A DNA stretch of 64,000 nucleotides, filler included, from Aduncisulcus paluster (Eukaryota): NCBI GenBank assembly GCA_024181965.1. It is 12 parts of 12 records of this genome, joined end to end, with 100 filler letters (N's around TTAATTAATTAA, not from the genome) between each part and the next. Parts side by side here need not be neighbours in the genome. Positions count along the whole stretch, not along the records: positions 39,555 to 41,710 come from BQXS01010136.1; positions 41,811 to 44,470 come from BQXS01010137.1; positions 44,571 to 47,105 come from BQXS01010138.1; positions 47,206 to 49,293 come from BQXS01010139.1; positions 49,394 to 62,898 come from BQXS01010140.1; 7 more parts are not named here. One strand, written 5' to 3'. Every line of letters starts with the position of its first letter. Position 1 is the first letter of the stretch. Shown here in pieces: positions 39,555 to 53,808 of this stretch. Below the pieces are notes generated by a model. The model was not told the origin of the DNA. It made no database searches and saw only the letters and a list, made by a program, of their open reading frames with translations. Made by a program: the position numbers and the translations under genes.

Positions 39555-41710
39555 GTAGTAATGTCAGCTCCAGGAGAAATGACAAGAGCAGCTCGATCTA
39601 CACCAGATTCTGCAAGATCTGGTGCACTATTTGATGATGTATATTGTAGTTGTTGACTTTTCTTGACTTTTGAGGAATCAGGATGTTGTAATAAATGTCT
39701 TGAACTTCTTGACATGGGATTATATGTAGATTCTTTACCACTATTTGATGTTACCATCGTTGAACCAGAGCTTGAGAAGTACCGTTCAGCGATTGTTCGA
39801 TCTTTTTCCTCTCTTTCTTTGGCAGCAAGCTTTTCTTTCTCAATTTTCATTGCAATCAGCCTTTCTTTCCTCCTCTTCTTCTCTTCTTCCTCCAAATCTC
39901 TTCCTTTTTCCCTTCGTTTTATCACATCTTCCAACGTTCTAAACTTCCTTTCTTGTATTTCTTTGGCAGACAAGTTGCGAATACTTCCTCCTCTTTGTTG
40001 AATTTGAAGAATTTTAGCACCACCACCACTACAAACAGAAATATCGCCATTATTTATCAAGGAATCTTCGTTAAAAGACCCACCGTTAAGAAGCATATCA
40101 TCAAGATCTTTTTCTTTTTCTTTCAAGTCAGATTCTAATTTCTTACTCATTTCCAATCTTCGTTCTTTCCTCTCTTGTCTCTTCTGTCTCCGAAGCTCTT
40201 CAAGAACACCACCTCTTCCAGAAGTTTCTTCGAGTGAAGCTTCGAACTGATCATATTGCATAAGACTAGCCTGAGGTAGAGAATCGGAGATAACAATCGA
40301 TTTACGTGGGGAAATTATATTGGGACCGGAAACAGTTGAAGAAGAAGAAGAAGAGGAAGAGGAAGAAGAGGAAGAAGAGGAAGAGGAAGAAGAAGAGGAA
40401 GAAGAAGAACCTGAACTTGTGGAACATTTAGTTGTGATTAGTTTCCTGGATGAACGAGGAGAAGTGAAAATAACAGTTGTTGTGGAAGAAGCTATAGTCT
40501 GACCATCTTTATCCACTCTCTTCTTCATTGTAGGTATAGAAGAGGATGAAGGAGGGGTCGCACCAATAAAATGATCATCAATATTGTTTGTTGTACCATT
40601 AGAATCCTTAGTAGAGCTTGTAATACTTTTTGGAGAATATGTGCTATATTGCATTATATGAGTTACACGGGGTGTGACAGGATGCTTCGATTGATTAAAT
40701 GTTCTATTCTTTGTAACAACAGATGGATCTTCTTCCTCTTGATGTTGTCCAACACTCAGATCAAGCTCATCTCTATCTTTTTCTTTCAGATCTGGACCAT
40801 TATCATTATCATTATCATGACCATCATATGTGGTTGTGATATCATTGGCAGTTGAAGAAGGAAAATAGGTTAATGTTGAATCAAAACTGCCTTTTTTTGG
40901 TGACGAACTGCTTAAACTTTCTAAAGACTTTGATGATTTTGACAATATAGCTGTTCCTTTCTGTCTTATTGGTATTACCCGTTTCACCTTCACTTTGTTG
41001 TTCTTTATACTTTGTTCCTTTCTATCTTTTTCTTTTTCCTTATTTTTTTCCTTATCTTTCCCCCTTTGGTGTTTATGTTGTTCTGTATGATGTTTTATAG
41101 GACGATATAATCCACTTTCAAAGTCCGAGGAAGAGAAAATGTCCTGATCTGAGGCTGAGGTAGAAGGGGTAGTTGAATTGTCTACTTGATCTGCTGACTT
41201 TGAGGTGGTATCTATTGATATAGATTTAGCTGCAAATGGAGATATAACAACCTCAATGGGTTCTCCTTGTATCCCAATAGGAGCAATAGCTCGATGGTGT
41301 TCAAGAAGTTTGGTTGTTTTGCGGTGAGATGATGATCGGTGCTCATGTCTCGTCGTAGCATGTTTTTCATGATGGTGTGATTGGTGACGATGTGAAGGAT
41401 ATGAATATTGTGGTTGAGAGTATGAGGGGTTCTTTTGAGCATGTTGCCCACCACTACTACTACCACTTGTACCAGAACCTCTGTGACCTTCCTTCTTAGA
41501 CTTCTTGTCTCGCTCTTGATTACCGCCTACACCATGTATTGTATGGTAATGTGATTGAGTGTTTGATGAATGTTGCTGTGAGGGTTTATGTGACAATGTC
41601 GAAGACAACATAGCTTTTCCAGCACTAATGTGTGTCTTTGGGCCACTTTTACCACTTTTTGAACCACTGATATCGCTGGATGGTGGAAATATAACAGTAT
41701 GAGCTCCACC
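39555..41710 (-). CDS. Low-complexity S/K/E/H-rich hypothetical protein, internal fragment
   Basis: One frame is open across the entire contig. Contains a poly-Ser tract (about 40335-40410) and charged coiled-coil-like segments. Confidence 0.7.
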
Positions 41711-41810
41711 NNNNNNNNNNNNNNNNNNNNNNNNNNNNNNNNNNNNNNNNNNNNTTAATTAATTAANNNNNNNNNNNNNNNNNNNNNNNNNNNNNNNNNN
41801 NNNNNNNNNN

Positions 41811-43099
41811 ATCGTTACAGTGGAGCCTCTTCTCTTCTCTGCTCTTAGATGTGCAAGGATTTGAGTAAGGTGAGGGAGAGACACGAGGGGAGAAGAAGAG
41901 GAGAGAGCGATAGAGGAAGGAAGGAAGGAAGCAGAGGTCGAACGAGATGCCAACACGAGGGATATCGGCGTATGTGTGATCGTTAACGAGTTGAGAACAG
42001 GAAATAGATGCAAGGAAAAAGGTAAGAGGGATGAAGGAGTCCTGGGGGGGATAACATGGGTTAAGAACGACCCTGAGAGATCTAATGTGAGAAGTGAAGG
42101 GAAAAGCAGAGACGAGGAAGTTGTTGTAACATTGGTGGAAGAGTGTGGAAATGTTGTTTTGGAGAAAGTATGATTGGAGGGACCGGATAATCTATCCCTT
42201 GTCGATTCTACACCAAAAATACCTCGAGAACGCGGGAATAGTGGATTATATTGGCTGCTTATGGAAGATCGCAAGGTTCCAGATTCCCTTTCTTCTCCTT
42301 CTTTTTCTGGAGAGGAAGAAGGGGAGGAAACATCACTTGAGGGAGATTTGTCCTCGTGTAATGGTTTGGAAACAGGCTCTACAGCTCTGGATAAGGGTTT
42401 GATAGCTTTATCTTGTTTAGAATAAATGAATAATGACGAAGGAAATAAACAAGATAAAAACGACGATTTAAATGACAAATATGATAATCTGGGGAATTTA
42501 CGTCCATCACCACAATGTACCATCATTTGCATGCATTGATGCTCAAGTCGACGACGGATTTTGGGAGATTTCGGTTGTTTAGTGTGTGTGGATCCTTTGA
42601 ATGAGGGATCTAAAATATTACAATAATTTCTAGGATTTCCATCAATTGTGAGGTGTGTTAAAGAAGGGCAGGCTAATGGAGAAAGATCAGAAATCCCACA
42701 ATATGAAATGTCCAATCGTTGTAAAAATGGAAGGTTATTTAATACTTTTAGTGAGGAAGTATCATTCATGAATAAATTATAGCTTAAATTTAATGACAAT
42801 AGTTTGGGAAATTGTTTTGGAATGGGATTTAACGAGTATATACTATTATTCGCCAAAGAGAGATGCCGTAAAACGGGAAAAAAGGAAAATTCATCAATAT
42901 TTAATCTGTTTTCATCAGCATGAATGGTTCTAAGGTTGGTATATGTTAAACTATCAGGTTGAGATAACTTATCAAGCATCATGCCAGAAATATCAAGTTC
43001 AACAAAATCCTTGGCTTTTTCTAGGTCCATAATTGCTGATATGAAATATTTAAGGGATAAGAAAATGCTTTTTAAAGGGTAGGTATCCAAACAGGACAT
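41811..43099 (-). CDS. LRR protein resembling XRRA1, 3'-partial
   Basis: ELDISG...IHADENRL....FPVLRHLSLANNSI...FPKLLSLNLSYN...LPFLQRLDIS. The N-terminal LRR array recalls XRRA1. The LRR call is strong; the orthology is tentative. Confidence 0.65.
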
Positions 43100-44002
43100 T
43101 TTCTTCCGATGTTTATTAATTGCATATTAATTGGCGTGTACAATGTATTGATGTATCTTGATATTCAGAGCTCTTATTCATATTACATAATATGTCAAAA
43201 TTCTTGTGATAGGAAGGTTCTTTCTACCAATACCAAAAAACACCTATAAATCTCGCAAATTAAACCAAAATTTTACTGAAACAATTTATCGGAAGGATTA
43301 ACTCTGAGCTATTTTCCTGGTTCAAACTAGAAATAATGTCCATTTCATACCATAAGATAAAATACGACAAGACTTCGTCCAGCGTTATAAAAACGCAACG
43401 TTTCATCACATAACCCCAACACCTCCTAGCAAGAAGGAAATACCTATGAAAACCAAGGAATTCAGGCAGATGTGAGACAAAACAACTTGTTGTTTGAAAC
43501 AACAAGAGAAGATTATATGTGATGGAGTGATACACCAATACTCACCATATAAATTGATATAAACACCTTTCATTGAAAAAGATGAAGAGACTCGTGTCAC
43601 ATGTAACGGTTACGAGCGTAATGAAATTTTTGTCTGGTTTAAAACCAGTGGTTTTCTTCGAGCCCAGCCTGAATCAGACGTTTTTATTTTCATTTTATGA
43701 GATAAGATCTTATCTAAAATGTCAAAAATATGGTAATGTAGGAGAAATAAGTCCAATTTCCAAGTTTGAAAATAAATCACGCTTTTCTTCGCCTCTATCT
43801 TTGCTGCTTTCCCTATTCTTATTATCGGATAAGCATTAGACAATTTTATTGTCATATCAAAAGGAATGTTTTCATTTTTTCAATCTTTTCGTTTTTTTTT
43901 TCTATCTTATTCCTCAACTATTTTTTCTTTTCATACACCCTCAGAAATAGTTTATAAGAAGCAGAATTACCAATTAATTAAATATTATCAACAGAATATT
44001 TC

Positions 44003-44374
44003 ATGCAATTTTCAATTTCTGAACTCGAAACATTAATCGCCTCCATCAAGGTCACTTCCTCTCAACACACGGTGATATCCCTTTTTGAGGAGTCTTTTTA
44101 TCGTCTAAAAGCTACTTTTGATGAAATAGCTCCGTCTTCTTGTCTTGATTCTGCAACAATAATCTCAAATCGAAATCTATCGACTCTTTCTATCAAATGT
44201 CTATCTCTATTCACGAAACACTCCGTTATTTCTTCTTCAGACGCATCTATCAGTGATGAAGATATACATAAAACAGTGATCCTCCTTGATACTTCTTCCT
44301 TCAGAAAAATATTCGACAATCTTCTTAGACCAATGATTAGAATTGAGTCTGTGTTGGCAAACTCTAGTAATTGA
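44003..44374 (+). pseudogene. Short or truncated member of the helical-repeat family also seen at 53809-56847
   Basis: LF...F..LK..F...I..NR.L......LSLF..H...IL....R...D.L...M..IES.L aligns by eye with the N-terminus of the 1012-aa ORF but stops after 123 aa. Confidence 0.5.
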
Positions 44375-44570
44375 AAAACAAGAGTTCCTTACCAATAATT
44401 TTCAGCCCCGCTCGAAAAATACTGGTGAACGCTATATATACATAAGGAAATTATTAGGAAGTTTTTATTANNNNNNNNNNNNNNNNNNNNNNNNNNNNNN
44501 NNNNNNNNNNNNNNTTAATTAATTAANNNNNNNNNNNNNNNNNNNNNNNNNNNNNNNNNNNNNNNNNNNN

Positions 44571-47105
44571 AGAATAAAAATCACTCAAACCTAATTCAGA
44601 AGAATATTCTTTAATAATCTTATCAAGAGATTCATTTAGTTCAGCTTCAGAATAATCAGTTGTCTCAATGAAATCTATTACTTGAGGCGGTTTGTCGTAT
44701 CGGAAAAATAATACACACTCCAGTAAAGGCTTTTTATATAATTGTGCACCTGACTTAAAAATTTTATAAACAAGTTCAAACCACAATTTCATCCCTCGTC
44801 GAACAAGATCTTGATTATCTTGAGCTTTTATAAATTCAAACCATTCCATTAATTTGGCAGAAGTAATCGTATCATGAATATGGGAAACAGACTTATCTTC
44901 ACAGATATTGGAAAAGAATTCAATACATTGGAGGATAAATTCAATTTGAGAACTCCCCTTGGCATTTTCAACAACGAATGAAAAAAAGCGGGGGGTTTCT
45001 GGATTAATTAAGAACAAGGATGACTTGCTCTGAGTACTACTGATATCAATCAAAATATTGAGAAGTAAAGTGAAATCTATCGTTGATGAGGGTTTAGCTT
45101 GAAGATTGTTATCTAACGAGTTCAATACCCTTTTAAGAAAACCCTGGAGTTGACTATGATCGATATTTTTTGAAAACAGAGAGAAATATTGAATGCAACG
45201 GATTGTAATCACGTTCAAGCCGAATGATTTTCCTCCAACATCTTTTAGCTTATCTTCCATTTTAATAATCTTGCTAAAATTGTATAGGGCATTGAATGAA
45301 GAATATAACTCTTTCATTGATTTGCAACCATCAGTATTGGTGGAATTAATTCGAGCAACATGGCATAAAATCTGAAAATACTCATTTAATTGATCAAAAA
45401 ATCCTTCAAATTTACACTGCTTAAAACGGTTGCTATTAGCAATCATAGGACGAAAAAAGTTTGAAAACCTCTCGAATAATGGGAAAAGTTCATATGGATT
45501 CCTAACTTGTAATATTTTCTCACAAAAAACCGAAGAAATTTTTTTGGCGATATTGTCGGAGGCAATACCTTCAAGGTTCCGTGGAATCGTATCAGTTAAT
45601 AAGGCAATACGGGGTAATCCTTGAAATTCCTCCAGCATAACAAATACGAGTTTAGCTCTCACATCATTATTATTGTTAGAATCCATGATGGGGTTCGAGA
45701 CCCCTCGAATAAGAATAATATTTAGATTAAACATTTTTGCAGCGGCAGAAATTATATAATCAGAAAAAAAGCTTTTTTTCTCCCTATCAATAATCTCTGC
45801 CCACTTAGACTCGCTAACCCCCTCGGGTCTGTTCAGTTTCATGTACAAAACAATAGCATCATAAAAAAGATCAATAAGATTATGATGCTTGCTATTATCG
45901 ACTTCTTTGAGACGAATTATCCCAAGCCCCAGTAAAATTCCACTGGAAAAGCTATGATTATAGCAGGAAAAAGCAGGAATAATTCGATGTTCTAATAGAT
46001 CATCTTTTAGATGATCGTTGTCAGCAATGAGACGAGATAACTCATTTCTAGAGACAATCTCTCTCAATTTACAATATTTAGAAAGGTCTTCGCTCATTTC
46101 ATAATTAATTGGAATGGTTTCTTCAACTTGAGAGCCAAGACCTCGGACTGTCAATGGTTGATCACAAGTTAACGCGCGAAGTATGCGATGAAAATTATCA
46201 ACATGCTCCGTTTCGTTCGAATAGCAAGTCTTAATTGCATCATACTGTTCATCAGTTAGATCAATCGGAGAAACTTGGTAGGAAATATTATCATGATGTA
46301 AAAATAATATTTTGTCTGCTGACAAAACTGAATCTCGAGATTCAAGAGAAGAATATGTAAAAATTTCTCGCATTTCTTCAGATGATTTGGTAAATATCAC
46401 AATAGGGTGATTAATAACACGGGATAAGGCATCAAACTCTTCTTTTTCAGCCATAAGATCATCTGTTACTTGCTTCAAAAGGCGAGCAAAAGTTTTTGCT
46501 GCATTATCATATAGTGATTTAGTATCTGTTGGATTTAGTGCCGCTCTACTACATATTTTTTCCAACAATTCCAATAATTCAAACAAAATCACATGTTGTT
46601 TCAGCTCCTGAGGTGACATTTTACAATCTAAATTAGGCTTATTGAGGAAATACAATGTGGAATAATAGAAGCCTAAATTGCTATCAGAAGGAGCATTTAC
46701 GCGATTAATATTTGCTGGAAAACCAGAAAACAATTGGAAATCGTCCGAAATAATGCAATTTGTGTCATATCTAACGGAAACAGCAAAGTCTTTCATAAGA
46801 GTGTCATACTCGACAGAATTAAAAATTAAATTTAAATTCACAATTATTGTTCCAAATAGTGTATAGAATTTCGTAAAATTATAACCAATTTTAACAGAAT
46901 TGATTCCAATTTCTTTGAGAATCTCGAAACAGCTAATTAACCTGCTTTCCGAATTTTTCCTAATGGTAGATATTTTAGAATCCGCATTGGAACGAACAGG
47001 TTCGATTTTGACCTCTTTTTTGATTTCTTTTTTGACACATTTCCTTTTTTCTTCGTCTTCTTCAAATAAAAATAAATGATGGAAACTGCCAACACATATT
47101 GACTT
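44571..47105 (-). CDS. Hypothetical protein (>840 aa, internal fragment) with possible degenerate OTU-like domains and a C-terminal helical region
   Basis: The frame is open over the whole AT-rich contig and extends upstream of the listed GTG. Domain guesses are by eye. Confidence 0.65.
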
Positions 47106-47205
47106 NNNNNNNNNNNNNNNNNNNNNNNNNNNNNNNNNNNNNNNNNNNNTTAATTAATTAANNNNNNNNNNNNNNNNNNNNNNNNNNNNNNNNNNNNNNN
47201 NNNNN

Positions 47206-49292
47206 CATCCACTCGCAGATAATATCCTCAGACCAGAATCAATGGGTGCATATGTCACAGCCTTTGCCAAGATCTGAACAACCAACTTATCATACTCAGC
47301 ATTGGAATTAATATCTCCACTCAAGTCATACCCATCAAGGGTCAGAGAGGTCAATGAAGTGGCATACTCAAGACCTTGCAGAGTTGTTATAGAATTCAGA
47401 GATATCCCTCTATCTGTGGCAATGGAAGGAAGTGACAATGAAGTACATGTCAAAACACTCCTCATGGTGGCAACACTAATGACACCATTTGATTCAACAC
47501 CACTCGTGGAAAGACACTGATCCTTCAGATATTGTCGAATTGAATCGTCATGAACAGTGTAACACTCACCACTGCTCCCTTCTTTCGCAATGAATGCACA
47601 TTGTTTCTCGTTCACACCATCAACACTGTTGTACACCTCATTCAGAACTATTGAAGGGCATTGCGTTGGATATGTTTCTGAGTCACATACATAATCATCC
47701 ACATTGTTCAAAGCACAACTATTGGGAATATAGTATGTATCCTTATAGTATGAGGCAGAGTTATGAATTGGAAAGACAGTCGTTATAAATGTCCAATAAT
47801 CGGTATCATCTTCTGATCTACAGAGAGGTATATATTCAGAATTATCTGTATACGCAATATACATATAATACAATCCAACATTCCTAAATGAGACAGATAT
47901 ATCATAGATTTGTTCATTCCCAAAAATAGCCGATGTATACAATCTATTCAATGTGAATAAAGAATTGAGATCATAAATATTGCCATTAAAGGTAGTTGAA
48001 GTTTGATCAAAATATAAGTATGATAGTTGTTCAAGGAATGAAATAGGATAAACTGATGTTACATCTGTATTTGGTCCATAGAAATAATAAATGTTTATCA
48101 AATACTGAGCACCTTCAAAGGACGTAATATGGGAATCATACGAGTAAAAAATTCCACTTATCGCAGCCATTTCAAACTCTGACACGTCACATAGTGGATC
48201 ACTATTGCTTATAGCATCACATACTTTACCTCTGAACAACTTATCAGGGATATGCACGGAATATAACTGGTTACAATCGTCACCATACCAGGCAGATCGA
48301 CATTCAGATGTAATAACATCACCATCTGCTGTTTTGACACACATTTGATGATCATTCATATCACTGGGGCATTCAGCATTGGTATCCTCAACACAAGAAT
48401 ACTCACCTTGGTCATAATAATACCCTTCCTCACACTCGGCTGCATAACGACCAGGATATACCTCATTGCACTCCAAATGATCATCAATATTGAATGTACG
48501 ATCACATTCAGGGGAGTATACGGGAACAAGGGTTGAGCATGAAGCATCACCATACCAAGTGTCACACTCACACACATGATCGGTGGTGTTACAACTTCCA
48601 TGACCAGAACATACTTCACCTCCAACAATTGGACACTCACTTGAGCAGTCTTCTCCATGCAAACCAGATCGACAACCACATGTAATGGATGAATCACCAA
48701 CTTCAACAACAGCCATCATATTGGTATGTCTTTCACATACTTGGACACGAATGGAATCGTCAACATCTGAAGCAGCTGTTATGCATGTATATGGTGGGGT
48801 TCCACTGGAAGTATCAAGCTCAGACCCACTCGCACATACCTCAAGACACTCTCCACTGGCTTTGTCAAGATAGTACCCATTCCAGCACTCGACAGCCCAA
48901 CGATCAGGATACACTTCACGACACACTTGGTGGTCAGAAGAAGACACAGATGCAGAACAATGGCATGTTTGGTCAGAATATGTCAAGGTTGATAGGGTTG
49001 GGAATTCGGTTTGCAATTGACTCACAATTCCTTCAATGTCACAGATATTATTATCACTAATGTCAAGAGTTGTGAGAACAGCATCAGTATCATCAGGGAA
49101 CATGGAAGATGTGATGAGAACAGATACATCAGAGATGGAGTTGTTTGAGAGATCTAGGGATGTCAGTTTGAATTGGTCTGTGGTTGGGTCTCCAGAAGCA
49201 ATGGGAGTCAAGTCAAGCACATCACTGATAGCACTCAATCCACAGCCACTCGCAGATAAGGATGTAAGACCAGAATCAATGGTTCCATAATC
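47206..49292 (-). CDS. Internal fragment of a modular LRR plus EGF surface protein
   Basis: LTSLDLSNNSISDV, LTTLDISDNNICD and EGF repeats (CSGHGSC...CECDTWYGDASC). Shares LQGLEY...DKLVVQILAKAV with the gene at 57524. Confidence 0.85.
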
Positions 49293-49566
49293 ANNNNNNN
49301 NNNNNNNNNNNNNNNNNNNNNNNNNNNNNNNNNNNNNTTAATTAATTAANNNNNNNNNNNNNNNNNNNNNNNNNNNNNNNNNNNNNNNNNNNNGACTTAA
49401 GAATTGGAGATAATCCTACTTCAAAACAATGATTATCCATTTCACAATCATATATCATTTTAAATGGGATTGATTGGTATGATTTGACTATTTTGATGCT
49501 AGAACAACTTGTTCGTTGTTCGTGATCAACCTTGGTGTGAAAAGTATTCTATCTACACGTTTTGTG

Positions 49567-52500
49567 ATGGAAGAATATCATTCTATCGTCCGTAAACTTT
49601 ATTCTGAATCCTTAGATGATAATCCTGATCTTAATTTAACAGTTTTCCTTGAAAACACATTTTCAAGCGATTGTCTTGATTTATCAAGAGTTTATTTCAC
49701 AGAATATGTACTTGTATCGCTTATCTTGCCGCTACTTAAGAACAAATATTTCCAGCAACATGTAAAACGCGTAATCTTCCCAGAATCCATCGAAAGTTCA
49801 TATGTCTCGATGCCTGAATGTTCTGCATTTGATTACAATGGAAATAGATTGTATCCTATTTTTCCTAGCCGGTATCATGCCCCACCACTCTGTTTATTGA
49901 TTGACATGCTCATCATTCTATACAACCTTCGACTCGACGAGTATTTCAACACTGCTTCATTTGTTGAGATTTTCAGAGATGATACAAGTATTGCAGATGG
50001 TTCTGATAGTGTTATCCCCTCCAGTGTCTTTTCCTTCACCTCTTCACATCGAGTGCTTGGAATGTTCTGTGATAATTACCAGACTACCAGCACTGAACGC
50101 ATGACAAGCTACATTAAATTCCTTGGGGCCGTAAAGAATAATCTTATCGTGAAGGATGTTCACCTTACCACAGGGAAAGCAAATACATTTCATATGATAC
50201 AACATCCCTATTTTATCAGCACAAGTTTTGATATATTCAAACCTCCTTATTCTGGAGCGTGTTTTCTTGGTGTTCATTCGCCAGGTTCTCAGCATCTAGA
50301 AATGCTCGATCGCCCATTGTTCTTTTCTATCTTATCTCTCGCTTGTCACTCAGACTTTGTTCTTTCTGAGGGATTGGATATCTTCAAAGCTTCTTTTGTC
50401 CATGATTACTCAGGTAAATATAGTTCCAATGAAAATTTTGATCATAATTCAGATACCCTTGTTCTCCCAAGAGTTTCATATTCTTATCCACCTCTTCATT
50501 GTCCTTCTCACATCTATGAGGCTGTGTATTCAACGCACATTCGTTTGTTTATGAAAGATCTCTCAGAAGACTTTCTTCAGCATGCTATTGTTGAACAGGA
50601 GAGACGGTCTGCTGTGTTGAAGCGTATTACATTATCCAGTACGATTCCAATCGAAATGAAACCTGTTCCTCGACTTTTGTTTGAAGATGAAGGGAAAGAA
50701 GGAGAGAACGAGGATGAGAAAGAGAAAGAGGATGCACACGATGATCGCCGTGGAGATGGTGAAGAAGAAAAGGAAAAAGAACAATATGGTGAAGAAGAAG
50801 AGATACCAATTGCATCTTCTCTTGTTCTCACACAGCCTGTCATGTATGAATGTTCCCCAAAGTTCAGCCAAATATCTTTTCCAAGTGCCATGGTGTACCG
50901 GGATATTAAGAATTTGTCAGTTTCAACTGATGGCACCAGAATTGTAAAGAAGAATCATCGGAAAATCGCACAATTACGGTCTTCTTTCACTCCATGTGAT
51001 TATCTTGATCTGATCATCAATCATTTCTACACTGGGGATAAGAGTGATCACACTGATCGCAAAATAGATTGCTCAAAGTCGACAGTCTCCAATCCCTGTC
51101 CAATCGTAAAGATGGAGTTTCCTCGACTTGTCCCAGTACTCACTAAGGATGTTATGAATATCCTTGAGTATCTGAAGAACTGGTATTTCATCGAGGAGCA
51201 GAACTTTAGCACATATGAGCACCGTGTGTTGCATGATGAGGGAGTTGAGTTATACAGCGAAGAGTACACGAGTGCTTTGAGACGGTATGTTCCATTCGAC
51301 TTTGTTGACAACATTACTCTGCACTCGTTGCTGAGTTCCCCTGTCATCTGTGAGCCTGATAGTGATCTCAAGATGATGCTTGATATGATTCAGCTCAATG
51401 GATATGCTTGGTCATGCATGTGTGACATTGAATGGTTTTCGCCACAACATGACATCTTTGGATTGTTCACTCCCATTCTGTTGGCAAAGATAACCAATGA
51501 CATCCCTGGAGAGTTGTACATTGAGTATGACTTCAATATGTGTGGATGCTTCGATTATACACTGAGGAGTATTGTGTGCAGGAATTTGAGGATTTCTTCC
51601 CTTTCCAATGATGTCATGCTCCAAACTGAGAATCAGAAGTACCTCATGTCGTGTGTCTTGCAACAGGCGTGTCTCGACCTTTCAGAGATTCAGGTGCATT
51701 CATTGAGTATGGTCGATCACATTCCAATGTTGGACAGAGTTGCACCTGTATGCACCAATCTTGAGGATGTTCAGTTAAGCAAGTTCGTTGCATCTCCATC
51801 CGACATTGTCCGTTTGTTCACAACGTTGTCCAAGCTTCCAAATGTTACATCCCTCAATGTATATATGAGTATCATTGCCGATGGGAAGGAACCTTGGGAG
51901 GGCATGTGGTCCCAGTGTGGATTGTTTGGGGGCAAGGATCAAGTCAAGGAGGAGGAGGAGAAGGAGAAGGGTGTTGGCATGACACATGAACTCAGTCAAC
52001 ACGTGCTATCTCTATCTCTGGCTGCTGAAGGAGATCTTCCCGACTGCGATGAACACTCTCATCTCTGGGATTACAAAAGGATCATGGCATCTTCATGCAA
52101 ATGTGAGCATGAATATATACCTCTCCCAGCATCTTGGACAATTCCTCCCTTAACTAACCTCAAGAAATTGTCGATCAGAAGAATCAACTTCAATTCGACA
52201 CCAGCTATTGTGAACTTCTTTGTCGCATTGAGGGAGGTGCTGAAAGGTGCAACAGCACTCAAGGAGTTTAATTTCAACAGGATTTTTGATCACACCCCAA
52301 ATGATATCATCAAAGAGATCGCCCCTCTCTTATCGTCATGTGTGTTCGATGTATTGCCGCCAACAATTGTGGAACTTGGATTTGGTTATATGATTTTTAC
52401 GCCTTCTATTGTTGATTCTATGTACAATTGGGCGGTTAGAAATGACATTCGTCTCACAGAATGTCTTTTTCATAACTCTTTATCTCTCTCATTCCTTGAT

Positions 52501-53605
52501 ATTCATGCTCCTATCTCAACACTATCTTCGACCATTCGCTCTCCTTATCCGATTTCAGCTGAAGATCGCCGATATGTGATTGAGAAACTCCTTCAATTCC
52601 TCATTTTTGTCACTTCACCCAGAAAGGACTCTGATGGTGTTATTATTGAACAGCCTGATGGTATTTCAATCGATTTTGATTCTTGTTTGTATTTGGATAT
52701 GATTGTTCGTGATGATGGATTGAGTTCTCTGTTTTGTACTTTGCTTGAACAGATTATGCCGAGGGCTAAAGAACTCTCTCTGACAAATTGCTATTGCTCT
52801 ATTGAGTTCGTTAAGATGGTGGTTAAGTATTTGCCAGGCGCTCGAAAGATGGAATATTTGGATATGGGAATGAGCCCAGAAAGGACTCTGATGGTGTTAT
52901 TATTGAACAGCCTGATGGTATTTCAATCGATTTTGATTCTTGTTTGTATTTGGATATGATTGTTCGTGATGATGGATTGAGTTCTCTGTTTTGTACTTTG
53001 CTTGAACAGATTATGCCGAGGGCTAAAGAACTCTCTCTGACAAATTGCTATTGCTCTATTGAGTTCGTTAAGATGGTGGTTAAGTATTTGCCAGGCGCTC
53101 GAAAGGATATGTGATTGAGAAACTCCTTCAATTCCTCATTTTTGTCACTTCACCCAGAAAGGACTCTGATGGTGTTATTATTGAACAGCCTGATGGTATT
53201 TCAATCGATTTTGATTCTTGTTTGTATTTGGATATGATTGTTCGTGATGATGGATTGAGTTCTCTGTTTTGTACTTTGCTTGAACAGATTATGCCGAGGG
53301 CTAAAGAACTCTCTCTGACAAATTGCTATTGCTCTATTGAGTTCGTTAAGATGGTGGTTAAGTATTTGCCAGGCGCTCGAAAGATGGAATATTTGGATAT
53401 GGGAATGAGTCCTTCAAGTATCGATCTGGATGGTAATATCATCAATGAACAAGTGGTTTACGAGTGTGTTGTTGAATTGATCTTAGGAATTAAACCTTTG
53501 TTTGATCTTGGGATTGAATTTGATATGTCTGTTCCACGAATCCAGGATCGTTCTCTTCGAGATAATTTGAAAATACAATACCCTTGGTCCCAAGAGTATT
53601 TATAG
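49567..53605 (+). CDS. Large hypothetical protein (~1170 aa) with a degenerate LRR/RNI-like C-terminal half
   Basis: Long ORF with LSKLPNVTSLNV, LTNLKKLSI and AKELSLTNC. The apparent frameshift at about 52875-53110 comes from a triplicated segment; the true C-terminus is ORF 53111-53605. Confidence 0.7.
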
Positions 53606-53808
53606 AAGTTTTATAGATCTTCTCCAATATTGTATTTTGCCATGCTCATTTTATTTGAATTGAGAACTAATCGTGAGAATTTTTTAAGTGTTTATGTCAA
53701 TGTCCAGATGATACGGCATTGCCCTCTCCACCTAGAGAGATCAACTCATTAAAATTGATTGACGTTTTGCTGATCTTATGGAAAGAAAAACAATTTCTTC
53801 GTTCTGCA

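Noticed and set aside
40320-40502. Poly-Glu ORF on the plus strand
   Set aside because: It is the antisense reading of the poly-Ser (TCT/TCC) tract in the minus-strand gene.
43190-43960. Several short overlapping ORFs between the LRR gene and 44003
   Set aside because: No consistent frame, splice pattern or recognisable motif. Possibly decayed coding DNA, but unsupported.
52571-53410. Triplicated ~230-300-bp exact block causing a frameshift in the 49567 gene
   Set aside because: Copies appear identical, break the frame and are tied to the chimeric 32-mer at 60725. Most likely a misassembly, though not proven.
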